Positions 1-8,981 of a stretch of DNA of 64,000 nt are shown one piece after another (the first letter of the stretch is position 1; the number at the start of each line of letters is the position of its first letter). The stretch covers positions 608,001-672,000 of the forward strand of contig CAWAHW010000004.1 of the NCBI GenBank assembly GCA_963781885.1. The letters are read 5' to 3'. This DNA comes from an uncultured Spirochaetota bacterium. Lineage in GTDB: Bacteria; Spirochaetota; Spirochaetia; SZUA-6; Fen-1364. The notes under the pieces are model-generated. The model had not been told where the DNA came from, did not search any database, and saw nothing but the letters and a program-made list of their open reading frames with translations. The translations under genes were made by a program, and so were the position numbers.

Positions 1-790
1 TTACCGAGCTGCCTCCCTGGGAATCGAATGTTACAGTACAGGAAATCACTGTCCATTTTGCATACAGGGTCACATCCGCCGTTACCGTGTCGCTCGCGAA
101 ACTCCACGCATTCGTGCATCCCGATTCCTTATACCAGCCACCAAATGTATGGCCTGCCCACGTCGGCAAGATCGGCGCCGCTGCCAGACCGCTATCGTTG
201 ACTATCTGGGGACTGACAGAGCTGCCGCCCTGGGAATTGAATGTTACAGTGTGGGCGTTCGCGATCCATTTTGCATACAGGGTTACATCCGCTGTCACCG
301 TATCGCTTGCGAAGCTCCACGCATTCGTGCATCCCGATTCCTTGTACCAGCCGCTGAAAGCGTATCCCGTCCTCGTCGGCGAAGCCGGCGCCGTTACTTT
401 GGAGCCATAATCCACATTCTGGGGGCTTACCGCGCTGCCCCCCAGGGAGTCGAATGTAACGGTACAGGAGTTCGCGGTCCATTCGGCATACAGGATCATG
501 TCGGCGGTTCCCATCGAGAAAGTCGCCCCGGCTGAATAGCTGGTGCCGCTCTGGTCTGGCTTGGTGTTCCAGCCGGTAAAAGAATATCCTGTTCTGCTGA
601 GGCTGTTGGCGTTGCCCATGGCGATGACCGTGGCACCTGGTTGATAGCGGTTGGTGTCCGCCGGAACGCTTCCGCCAGTCGCTCCGTTGTAATTGTAGAT
701 CACGGTGTATGTCGAGGCATTGGGATTGGGGCATGCAAGAAGCAATCCCAGATACGACAGGACAGCGAGAACGATCACAACTCTCTTCAT
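1..790 (-). CDS. Lipoprotein with tandem InlB B-repeat (Listeria-Bacteroides/Flg_new) domains; 3' end runs off the window
   Basis: Missing from the ORF track because it has no stop in the window. Manual translation from ATG 790 gives MKRVVIVLAVLSYLGLLLAC (lipobox), then ~71-aa repeats such as TVTFDSLGGS...PTRTGYAFSGWY...DVTLYAKW. GGAGAG lies upstream. Confidence 0.9.
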   Translation of the reverse strand, partial: MKRVVIVLAVLSYLGLLLACPNPNASTYTVIYNYNGATGGSVPADTNRYQPGATVIAMGNANSLSRTGYSFTGWNTKPDQSGTSYSAGATFSMGTADMILYAEWTANSCTVTFDSLGGSAVSPQNVDYGSKVTAPASPTRTGYAFSGWYKESGCTNAWSFASDTVTADVTLYAKWIANAHTVTFNSQGGSSVSPQIVNDSGLAAAPILPTWAGHTFGGWYKESGCTNAWSFASDTVTADVTLYAKWTVISCTVTFDSQGGSSV

Positions 791-874
791 GCTACGTCTC
801 TCCATCCAACTTTTCCTGGAGCAGCCAACGTTCCTTGTAGCACGACCGGTTCCTGTTGTCAAAACATTTTCCTG

Positions 875-1129
875 TCCGTCAGCGTGGTTGCCATCGATGG
901 GTTCGGGCTCGCCCAGAAGCTCGCGGAGAAGCTCTCCGGAAGCTACCGCATCGTGCAGGCGCCTCTGGTGGTGCGCGATGTCGCGCTCAAGGAGATGCTC
1001 GTGAGGGAGCCGGGCGTCGCGCACGTGCTCGCCGACGTGGCGACCGTGCACCTGGCCCTGTTCGGAATCGGGACGAACCTGTCCGCCGTCAGCTCGCTCG
1101 CCATCGCCATGTCCCTCATCGGCGCGTAG
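875..1129 (+). pseudogene. Fragment of a SorC/DeoR-type sugar-binding regulator domain
   Basis: AIDGFGLAQKLAEKLSGSYRIVQAPLVVRD...VHLALFGIG resembles the middle of the sugar-binding domain. There is no HTH and no credible start, and it stops early. Confidence 0.55.
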
Positions 1130-1207
1130 ACGGAGCGCTTTGCGGGAGCCGTCGGGCCGGTGGAAGTGCACGCCGATTCGGTATTAAGGGTGAAAGGTGA
1201 ACCAGCC

Positions 1208-1239
1208 TGGCGAGGAGCTCCTCTCGGAGCTCCTCGCCA
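1208..1239. terminator. Perfect 14-bp inverted repeat between convergent genes, possible terminator
   Basis: TGGCGAGGAGCTCC-TCTC-GGAGCTCCTCGCCA; no strong U-tract. Confidence 0.5.
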
Positions 1240-1286
1240 ATCACCATTCGTTTCCTCGAAACGCGGTTCCGGCGGGCGTCAGTTCA

Positions 1287-2888
1287 TCAGCGCGATGAGA
1301 TCCCGGGTGAGCTCGGACGTGCCGTCCGGCGCGCGGTTTGCTCGGCCATGACCGGACAGGTACCGGACGTCACGAGCTTCCCATCCTGGACCACGCCAAT
1401 TCCGCTGTACTGCCCGTCCTTCACCGCGGTCGCCATGTCGGCCTCGATCGCAAAGCGCTTGCCGCGTGTCCCCCCCGCCTGGGTGAGAATCAGGACTGCG
1501 CTGTTCTGCGCGGCAATGGGCTTGTTCGCCGCAACGGCCTTGCGTACGATGGCGACCGATTCCGGTGGAATGGGCGAATCACCCCCCGCCATGCAGGGCA
1601 CGATGAGGCCCTTGTAATCTGCCAATTGCGCGTCGGCCATCTTGAGGTCCGCCTTGAGAGTGAAAGAGGCCCCCTTGGCGGGCTCGCCCGTGACGGTTGC
1701 CACCACCACCTGATAGCCGGCGTCCTCCAGGGTCAGCTTCATGACCGCCGCTTCCTGGGAGAGCATGAAATCCGCCGCGTCCGCGCTTCCGTCGCGGAGC
1801 ACCATCAGCACTTTCCCTTTTCCCTCGGCGCCGGCCGCACTCAGGAAAACAGTCGACGCCAGGAGGAATACTCCCAGGCCGAATACCGCCACACCCTTTC
1901 TCATTTTTTTTCCTCCTCTGACGATTGCCTGGATCCTGTCCTTCAGGAGCTTCTTTCTGCGCCCCGATAAGCTGAGTCCCGCGAACAGCACCGGCTCGCG
2001 GCAGAGTTGTGCCGCGTCCAGAACGCACGATGCATACGACTGGCGCCGGACCCCGCAGTCGATCACCGCCGCATCGCATTCCTTCTCCTGTTCCATGTAG
2101 AAGTGTGCGTAGGCCGGCCAGATGAGCGGGACAAACCAGAGCAGCGAGCATATTCCGTACGCTACTGCCAGGCAGAACGAGTCTGCCCGCTTGATGTGAT
2201 ACAGCTCGTGAAGAAGCACGCTGCGCATGCGGGCGGCCGACCAGCCCGTCATGGCAGGCGGCACGGCGATAACCGGGTGGAGAATCCCTCTCGTCATCGG
2301 CGTGACCGCGGATCCGGACTCGTAGACGCGGATCTTCCGCCGGATACCCACCAGGCGGGCAAGCTCTCGAACGGTTCGGTCCGGCACCGGGGCAGCGCTT
2401 CCTTTCCCATGCCGCCCGATGCCCGCAAGCATCACCCGGCCCGCGAGCATCCTCAACCACCCCCACAACGCTCCCGCAACCAGGAGGAACAGCACCAGCG
2501 GCGGCCACAGGCTGGGCCAGATTCCGCGGGTCGACGTTTGTTCCCAGACGATGGCCGCGGTGGGCGGCAGCTTACCCTGGCTGGCAAAGCCGGATGAGGG
2601 CATGAGCGCGGAGGAGAGCGCCGCAACCGGGCCGGCGGCCTCCGTCGGGCGGCTTGTGAGTTGAAACAAGGGCCCCCGCAGGGCCAAGGCCAGAATCAGC
2701 AGGCTGCCGAGCATGGAAAACAGCCACAACGCGTGCCGCAGTCTCGCGGAGGCGCGCTTCATCGTCCACTGGAGGATGAATGCGAGCGCCAGCAGCAGCG
2801 ACGTCTTGATCAGGACAGAGAAAAGAACCGGAAGAAGCCGCATCGAGAGGCAGACAAGGGCCGGGGGAGGGACGATGGATTCCGTCAC
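1287..2888 (-). CDS. BlaR1/MecR1-type M56 membrane metallopeptidase fused to a C-terminal DJ-1/PfpI-like domain
   Basis: N-terminal TM helices, RHALW, TPMTRG, zinc motif HELYH, EQEKECD. C-terminal KVLMVL...LEDAGYQVVVAT...VVQDGKLVTS. The last ~15 aa are probably frameshifted; the alternative tail is PDGTSELTRDLIALMN*. Confidence 0.9.
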   Translation of the reverse strand: MTESIVPPPALVCLSMRLLPVLFSVLIKTSLLLALAFILQWTMKRASARLRHALWLFSMLGSLLILALALRGPLFQLTSRPTEAAGPVAALSSALMPSSGFASQGKLPPTAAIVWEQTSTRGIWPSLWPPLVLFLLVAGALWGWLRMLAGRVMLAGIGRHGKGSAAPVPDRTVRELARLVGIRRKIRVYESGSAVTPMTRGILHPVIAVPPAMTGWSAARMRSVLLHELYHIKRADSFCLAVAYGICSLLWFVPLIWPAYAHFYMEQEKECDAAVIDCGVRRQSYASCVLDAAQLCREPVLFAGLSLSGRRKKLLKDRIQAIVRGGKKMRKGVAVFGLGVFLLASTVFLSAAGAEGKGKVLMVLRDGSADAADFMLSQEAAVMKLTLEDAGYQVVVATVTGEPAKGASFTLKADLKMADAQLADYKGLIVPCMAGGDSPIPPESVAIVRKAVAANKPIAAQNSAVLILTQAGGTRGKRFAIEADMATAVKDGQYSGIGVVQDGKLVTSGTCPVMAEQTARRTARPSSPGISSR

Positions 2889-3268
2889 GGGGCGCGCTCC
2901 TTTCTCGATTGTTCAATGGTCTGAACGAGCTGGCGAATATCCTCGTCCGTGAGGTCCCGGGCATGAAGCTGGACCATCGCCGCCACGGCCTTGGGGAGAG
3001 AGTCACCGAAGTACGTCCGCAACAGGTGTTTGAGGGCGCCCTTGACCGCGCTGGAGCGCGGCGTGCGGGGCCAGTAGATGTACTTCCTGCCCTGCTTCGT
3101 ATGCCGGAGACGGCCTTTGCGTTCGAGCACGTTGACGATGACGCGCACGGCCGAGTAACTGGCGGGCGGCGAGATGGCCGCTCGTATCTCTTCCACCGAC
3201 GCATGGGACGTGCGGTAGACGATCTCCATGATTTCCCGCTCCCGGCGGCTCAGCCCCGAATGCGGCAC
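2885..3268 (-). CDS. BlaI/MecI/CopY family transcriptional repressor
   Basis: LSRREREIMEIVY...SYSAVRVIVNVLERKG...GRKYIY; stop overlaps the M56 start; GGAGG RBS. Confidence 0.95.
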   Translation of the reverse strand: MPHSGLSRREREIMEIVYRTSHASVEEIRAAISPPASYSAVRVIVNVLERKGRLRHTKQGRKYIYWPRTPRSSAVKGALKHLLRTYFGDSLPKAVAAMVQLHARDLTDEDIRQLVQTIEQSRKERAP

Positions 3269-3285
3269 GCAGGCACCTCCGATTG

Positions 3286-3322
3286 GTGCTTAACTCTAAG
3301 CACATGTCCGGGCGGCTGTCAA
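3286..3322 (-). promoter_or_regulatory. sigma70 promoter of the blaI-like operon with an overlapping palindromic operator
   Basis: TTGACA (3322-3317), 18 nt, TAGAGT. The perfect inverted repeat GTGCTTA-N4-TAAGCAC (3286-3303) covers the -10. Confidence 0.7.
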
Positions 3323-3642
3323 GATTGATTTGCTTATTTTTAAGCAGATTGCAAAATCGGCGCGGCGGGAACGACCTTGCGAAGCTCGGATGGGGCGGGC
3401 ATGTACGCGCTCACCAAGGTGCCGTAGGGCCTGCCGCTCCTGAGAGCGGCAGCCGAACCGGAATCCCGCAATTGCGCGCGCGGCAGATATGCCGTACTAT
3501 GGGGCTGTAGAGCACGGCTCGCCGTGACTGCCGGGGCATGAGAGCCTGCCGCTCGACTCTGAATGACTCTCCTACTCGCTCGCTGAGAAAGGCCGGAACC
3601 GCGGTGTGCTTCCACGACCAGCGGTCAAAGAGGAGACGTGGA

Positions 3643-4533
3643 ATGAGCCAGCGAAAGGTCCTCATCGTGGAGGATTCGACAACCCAGCGCGCCATGCTGC
3701 GGGACATGGTGGCACGGGAAGGGTATGACACCGTGATCGCGTCATCGGGCGCCGAGGCGACCGAGCTGATGCAGCTGCACGACGTCGACGCGGTGCTCGT
3801 CGACTGGGAGCTCGATGACACGACGGGACCCGAGCTCTGTCGGCAGTGGCACACGTCGCCGGAGTACGATCTCGTGCCCCTTCTTATCGTGACCAGCTAC
3901 CAGGACGCCGTACACCTGCGCGATTCCCTCGACGCGGGCGCCACGGACTTCATCCGCAAGCCGCCCGATCAGCTCGAGCTCTTTGCCCGTCTCCGTCTGG
4001 CGCTGCGGGTCCGGGAGTTCGGGCTCAAGCTCCACGAGAGCTCGGTGCGCGACCCGCTCACCGGCCTGTACAACAGGCGACACGTTCAGGCGGAGCTCGA
4101 CCGTCTTTGCGAGGCGGCGCGCCGCTATGCCCAGGGGTTCTCCGTGGCCATGATCGACATCGACTTCTTCAAGAAGGTGAACGACACCTACGGGCACGCC
4201 ATGGGCGACGCGATACTCCGCCAGATGGCGGAGTACCTGCAGGGAAGGATGCGCAAGTCGGACATCGTGTCGCGCTTCGGAGGCGAGGAGTTCCTCCTCG
4301 TGCTCCCGGCGACGCCGCTCGACAAGGCCGCGGTTGCCCTGGAAGCCGTGCGCAAGGGACTCGCGGAGAGACGATTCGGCTCGATGGAGACCATCGTCAA
4401 CGTCACTTTCAGCGCCGGCGCGGCAGCCTGGTCCGAGGCACGTTCGGACGCGCACACCATCGTCGAGCGGGCGGACGAGTGCCTCTACGCCTCGAAGCAG
4501 GCAGGACGCAACCGGGTGACGGCCACACCGTAG
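3643..4533 (+). CDS. Response regulator diguanylate cyclase (REC-GGDEF, WspR/PleD-like)
   Basis: KVLIVEDS, LVDW, DPLTGLYNRR, DIDFFKKVNDTYGH, I-site RKSD, GGEEF; AGGAG before ATG 3643. Confidence 0.95.
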   Translation: MSQRKVLIVEDSTTQRAMLRDMVAREGYDTVIASSGAEATELMQLHDVDAVLVDWELDDTTGPELCRQWHTSPEYDLVPLLIVTSYQDAVHLRDSLDAGATDFIRKPPDQLELFARLRLALRVREFGLKLHESSVRDPLTGLYNRRHVQAELDRLCEAARRYAQGFSVAMIDIDFFKKVNDTYGHAMGDAILRQMAEYLQGRMRKSDIVSRFGGEEFLLVLPATPLDKAAVALEAVRKGLAERRFGSMETIVNVTFSAGAAAWSEARSDAHTIVERADECLYASKQAGRNRVTATP

Positions 4534-4758
4534 GAATCTGCCGGCACGGGGGAAGGCGCCGACCACCCTTGCCGCGGAGTTCTCCGACGAACAGATTGCG
4601 CGCATCTTGTGCCGCACGAGATTAAAAACCCCCAAGAGCCATTGCAAAGGTATTCGACCAATGGAATTAACGGGCGCAGGCTGCCGTCGCGAGTAGAGAT
4701 GCTAGCGACCCCCGGCTTCAGGGCATACGGGGAGAAGCGGCAGGCACATGTTTGAGCA

Positions 4759-5877
4759 TTAGGAGGTGGCGCGCGTAACCCGTTCGAACAAGGAGAGTGC
4801 GTTGCCAATGGCCTGGTCCATGTTGAAATATCTGTAGTTTGCAAGGCGTCCCACGAAATATACCTTGTCCTTTTCCAGCATTGCCGCCTTTCGCTGGTAA
4901 CGCGCATACAGATCCTGGTTGCGCAGTGATGGCACCGGGTAGTAGGGCTCGCCATTCCAGGTGGGATACTCGCGAGCGATCGTCGTGCAAGGAATCTTCT
5001 GCCCGGTCATCTGCTTGAACTCGACGATCCGCGTGAAGCCGTGCTCCTCCCCGGGATAGTTGACAACCGGTGCCTTCTGGAAGAGCTCCTGCGGCAGGGT
5101 CTCGAACTCAAACCGCAGGGAGCGATACTCCAGCCGCTCTCCCTCCTGGTAGCGGAAGAACTCGTCCATCTTCCCGCTGAAGAACAGGGCGCGCGGCGCT
5201 CCAATGCGCTCACGCACGTCGAAATAATTCGTTCCGCACTCGACGGTGATGAGCGGGTGGTCGAGCATGCGGCGGAAGAGCTCCGTATACCCCTTCTCGG
5301 GCATTCCCTGCCAAGAATCGGTGAAGTAGCGGTCGTCGAAGTTTTCGCGCACGGGGATGCGATCCAGCACGGAACGGTCGAGGTCCGCCGGGCTTCGATC
5401 CCATTGCTTGCGCGTGTAGTTGCGGAACATCAATTCATACAGCCGTGGTCCGACGCGTGCCAGCGCGGCGTCCTGGCTGTTGCGGATCTCCTTCTTCACC
5501 ACGACGTTCGCCGCAAGCCATTCCCTCATTTGCTCCGGCGTGCTCAAGGAGAGCCCGAAAAGGGCGTTCACCGTGGTGATGTTGACCGGCACGGGCACGA
5601 GCGAGCCTTGTACGCAGCTCAGCACCTTGTGCACGTAGGTGATGAATCCCGAAAATCCGTTCACGTACCTCCACACCCGCTCGTCGACGGTATGGAAAAT
5701 GTGTGCGCCATAGCGCGCGACAAGCACCCCCTCCTCGTTCAGGTAGTCATAGCAGTTGCCGCCGATATGGTCGCGCTTCTCGAGCACGAGGACCTTTTTC
5801 CCGAGCACCGTCGCGAACCGCTCCGCGAGCGTCGCTCCGGAAAAACCGGCGCCGACGACGACAACGTCATGCTCCAT
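4759..5877 (-). CDS. glf: UDP-galactopyranose mutase
   Basis: VVVGAGFSG, EKRDHIGGNCYD, YGAHIFHT, YTRKQW, EPYYP, GRLANYRYFNMD. Confidence 0.97.
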   Translation of the reverse strand: MEHDVVVVGAGFSGATLAERFATVLGKKVLVLEKRDHIGGNCYDYLNEEGVLVARYGAHIFHTVDERVWRYVNGFSGFITYVHKVLSCVQGSLVPVPVNITTVNALFGLSLSTPEQMREWLAANVVVKKEIRNSQDAALARVGPRLYELMFRNYTRKQWDRSPADLDRSVLDRIPVRENFDDRYFTDSWQGMPEKGYTELFRRMLDHPLITVECGTNYFDVRERIGAPRALFFSGKMDEFFRYQEGERLEYRSLRFEFETLPQELFQKAPVVNYPGEEHGFTRIVEFKQMTGQKIPCTTIAREYPTWNGEPYYPVPSLRNQDLYARYQRKAAMLEKDKVYFVGRLANYRYFNMDQAIGNALSLFERVTRATS

Positions 5878-6086
5878 TCCACGCGACTCCCTTTTCACCG
5901 AAATTCATTCCCGATCGGCTTTCCTCACGCACCTTCCCGCAGAGCCGATATTCCGGTCCACCCATCATGTCCCGAGGGCTCGCCCAGGCGGCCTCCCTCT
6001 CCACGAGTCGCCGCCGGCCGGGCGGGAAGCCATCCGCCGGCGCTCGACTGCCGGGCGATGGGCCATTCTCGCGGTGGCGCCCATCT

Positions 6087-7289
6087 TCAGGAATGTCTCG
6101 GCGGCCGCGAAGCGACGCTTGCCGCAAGGAAATTCGCGATCACCGGCGCGCCGTTGGTGATGTGGAGGGCTCGACAGTTTTCAACGTACTCATCGAGAAT
6201 CGAGCGATCCTGCACGATGCGTCGCACGATCTGAACCTGCTCGGGGATGCACGGCGCGTACCAGCCCAACCGGTGGCGAAGCACAAAATCGCGGCAGCCC
6301 GATTCGTTCGCCATTGTCTGCGTGATGAGAAAGGGCTTGCCAAAAAAAAGCGTCTCGAAGGTGAAGGAGATCCCCGACTTTCCCATGGTCATGTCCGCGA
6401 AGGCAAGGTGCTCGTGCATCCGTTCGACGTAGCCGTGGGGCATGAGCCTCATTTTGCCACCCGCGTGATTTTCAGCCAGGCGCGTCAGCCGCGCGCGCAG
6501 ATCGTCGTTTTTCCCGCAGATCACTTCAAGGTCTATATCGAGATCGGCGTCCATGAATGCCCGTACCTGCTTTTCCACGCGACCGAGGCCCTCACCCCCC
6601 GAGAGAAGCGTGACGGAGAGGCGCCGGTCCACCGCCTGATCCTTGCCCCCGGATTCGCCTCCCTCAAGAGCCGTACGTTCGAATGTGGGACGTAAGGGGA
6701 AGTCCATGATTTTGATCTGGTCGCTTCGGATCCCCGCCGCCAGAAGATCGTCCACATGGTCGCTGTCGTAGAGGAGGTAACAGTCAACCGGTCCCGCCGT
6801 CCAGATGGCATGCGCCTGGAAGGCGTCGGTGACGAGCATGAACGTCGGAATAGGGCAGGCATTCTTCCTCTTCAGCCGTCCGATGATGTTTGCCGCAGTG
6901 CAGTGGGTGCAAAACACGAGGTCGGGCTTCTTGCGCTCAAGGTATTCGGCCAGCCGCGGCGCCATCCACTGCGAGCTGAGGGCGTCGACGATCCGAACGA
7001 GGCGGAATCTCCTTCGGGTCGCCGCGTAGAGGACTTTGAAGAGAAAAGGATGCACGAGGAAGAAATGCCAGAACCGCACAAGGCTCTTTTCGTAAGAGGG
7101 CATTCCGAGATCGACGGCACAATCGACGATCTTCGTGTCAATGCAGGGATGGGCGGCCGCGAGCGCCGCTTGCACGGATACCGCCGGTACCCGGTGGCCG
7201 TCGCCGATGCTCATCGTGAAGATGAGGATCTTTCGCCTTGTCGGGACCGACATCGTGGAGGCCCCCTCACGATTGCCCGTGCTGTCCAT
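6087..7289 (-). CDS. MGDG synthase/UgtP-like GT28 glycosyltransferase
   Basis: SIGDGH, PDLVFCTH, VTDAFQAHAIW, LLSGGEG, VICGKN, GKSG. Start is 7289 (GGAGG RBS) or 7253. Confidence 0.85.
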   Translation of the reverse strand: MDSTGNREGASTMSVPTRRKILIFTMSIGDGHRVPAVSVQAALAAAHPCIDTKIVDCAVDLGMPSYEKSLVRFWHFFLVHPFLFKVLYAATRRRFRLVRIVDALSSQWMAPRLAEYLERKKPDLVFCTHCTAANIIGRLKRKNACPIPTFMLVTDAFQAHAIWTAGPVDCYLLYDSDHVDDLLAAGIRSDQIKIMDFPLRPTFERTALEGGESGGKDQAVDRRLSVTLLSGGEGLGRVEKQVRAFMDADLDIDLEVICGKNDDLRARLTRLAENHAGGKMRLMPHGYVERMHEHLAFADMTMGKSGISFTFETLFFGKPFLITQTMANESGCRDFVLRHRLGWYAPCIPEQVQIVRRIVQDRSILDEYVENCRALHITNGAPVIANFLAASVASRPPRHS

Positions 7290-7437
7290 TGTGTCCTCCC
7301 CTGAGGAGAATCGCGACCCTCGCTCGTATTCGCCCCGGCTTCTACCCCGGTCAGGAGCTTCGTTTCGCCTCACGCATGATGTCGGCTCCAGAGCTTTTCG
7401 TCCTTCCGGCAGTGCAGGGTCGGCGAAGATCCTGGTT

Positions 7438-8169
7438 TCACGAGCTCGCCTTGGACGGCGGTACCGAGGCCATCTCTTTGAGGCGGCTCTGGAGAGCCGC
7501 GATGAAGGCGTCCAACTCCCGGACCTGACGCTCCAATTGCTCGGACCTGTTCGTCAGCTCATCCTTGGGTGGACGTGATGCCTGCTCACTGCCACCTCCC
7601 GGCCCACCGGGAGGCGCTCCCGCACCAAAACCCGGTCCGCCGCCCGGCCCGGAGCCTTCGCCGAAACCAGGACCCGCGCGGGGCCCCCCACCCCCCCAAG
7701 GCCGCGATGACTGCACCCCCGCTTGCGATGGCTCCTCAACCGCCGAGGCATACCGCTCGTACTCGGCTTTCTGATCGCCGGTGAGTACTGCGTCAACACC
7801 CCAATGCGCCCTCCAGACCCCCGATCCTGATACAGTCTGGCGATGCTTCAGCGTTCCCAGGATTGGGATGATCCGAGTAATCTGGTCTCCCCTCAGGTAG
7901 AGCGCCTCGTCGCGTGAAAACTCATTGCCCCTTTTCGGAGCGCCGTACCCCGGCGCGGGCATGGAGGACGCAACGCCCTGACCCGTGAGCCCGTCGGCCA
8001 GCTCCTCAGGAAGAAACAGCGAAAGTTCGCGTACGATCCGGTCTACCGTGGGGGCTTCCCCCCTTCCCCCTGGGCCACCAGGTTGCGATGCACAGGAGCA
8101 GAGCGCCGCTATGCATAGGACTGACAGCGACATGACTCCTCGTCGCGTCCCCTTTGCTGTCGCGGCCAT
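7438..8169 (-). CDS. Hypothetical lipoprotein with a Gly/Pro-rich segment and C-terminal coiled coil
   Basis: MAATAKGTRRGVMSLSVLCIAALCSC is lipobox-like; GGPG repeats. Start is uncertain (in-frame 8133, 8169 or TTG 8406). Confidence 0.55.
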   Translation of the reverse strand: MAATAKGTRRGVMSLSVLCIAALCSCASQPGGPGGRGEAPTVDRIVRELSLFLPEELADGLTGQGVASSMPAPGYGAPKRGNEFSRDEALYLRGDQITRIIPILGTLKHRQTVSGSGVWRAHWGVDAVLTGDQKAEYERYASAVEEPSQAGVQSSRPWGGGGPRAGPGFGEGSGPGGGPGFGAGAPPGGPGGGSEQASRPPKDELTNRSEQLERQVRELDAFIAALQSRLKEMASVPPSKASS

Positions 8170-8364
8170 CGGCAACCGCCGGTGGAGCCGACGAGATCCG
8201 GGCGGGCCGGCTTCAAGCACCGCATGAGGATCACGTACCACGATATGGAATGGTTTCGCCATGCAGCCGCCTGCCTTGAGCGGGGAGGGCTGCGAAAAGG
8301 GGAGGCGAATCGCTGACGAAGAGACTCGTGACCCTCTCTCGGTGCGTCGAGGTTCGACCACGAG

Positions 8365-8477
8365 CATCGTCCCGCTGGACGCGCGATGACCATTCTCAAG
8401 CTCCAAGATCCGCCTCCTTGCTATTCCGTGCCTTAGTGTAGCGGTCCTATCGCGGCGAATGATGAAGCCGGCGTAAA
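8365..8477 (-). repeat. Copy A of a ~110-bp diverged duplication (promoter, RBS and start codon)
   Basis: Aligns by eye with 8942-9052. Shared minus-strand blocks: TTTAC..CTTCATCA, CCGCTA(C/T)AC and AAGGAGG(C/T)GGATCTTG. Confidence 0.75.
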
Positions 8478-8510
8478 AGTCATGTAAAAAGGCCGTAAAG
8501 CAGAGGTAAA
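8473..8510. promoter_or_regulatory. Four GTAAA direct repeats at 11-bp period, candidate OmpR/PhoB-family binding array
   Basis: GTAAA at 8473, 8484, 8495 and 8506, upstream of the minus-strand -10 TACACT (8440-8435). Confidence 0.6.
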
Positions 8511-8552
8511 GGCGCGGTGAGCTTGGGACGGAGACAAGTCTCAAGACGACTA

Positions 8553-8981
8553 CTACGTGTCTGCGAGTCTGGCGGAATCCGGTGGCAAAGACGTTGACAG
8601 GACGGCGTGGACTTTTTCCAGTAGCGTCGCTATAGAAAAGGGTTTTTCCATGAATGGCATGCTGACCGGGATCTCACGCGGTTGCCCCGACATGGTGATG
8701 AGTTTCATACCAGGCTGCCGCTTGTTGAGTTCCGCACAGAGATCGATGCCGTTGAGTCCCGGCAAGTCTACATCCGTGATGACGAGCGAGATCTTGCTCG
8801 GACAATCACGAAGGACTCCCAGAGCTTCTTTCGCGTCGCAAGCGGAAAGAGCCGCATAGCCATCCGCCCGAAGAATTTGTGTGACGAGGGTCCGCACATT
8901 CTTTTCATCGTCAACGACAAGTATCACAGCCTTCAGCGCGCCATCGCGGTCAGACGCACGATGTCGGTCCCCAAGTTTCAA
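8553..8981 (-). CDS. Single-domain response regulator (receiver only)
   Basis: ILVVDDE, LVITDVDLPGLNG, MSG, EKPF; TTG start at 8981 after AAGGAGG. Confidence 0.9.
   Translation of the reverse strand: MKLGDRHRASDRDGALKAVILVVDDEKNVRTLVTQILRADGYAALSACDAKEALGVLRDCPSKISLVITDVDLPGLNGIDLCAELNKRQPGMKLITMSGQPREIPVSMPFMEKPFSIATLLEKVHAVLSTSLPPDSARLADT

Noticed and set aside
87-734. ORF-track proteins at 87, 149 and 192
   Set aside because: They are antisense or off-frame shadows of the B-repeat lipoprotein starting at 790.
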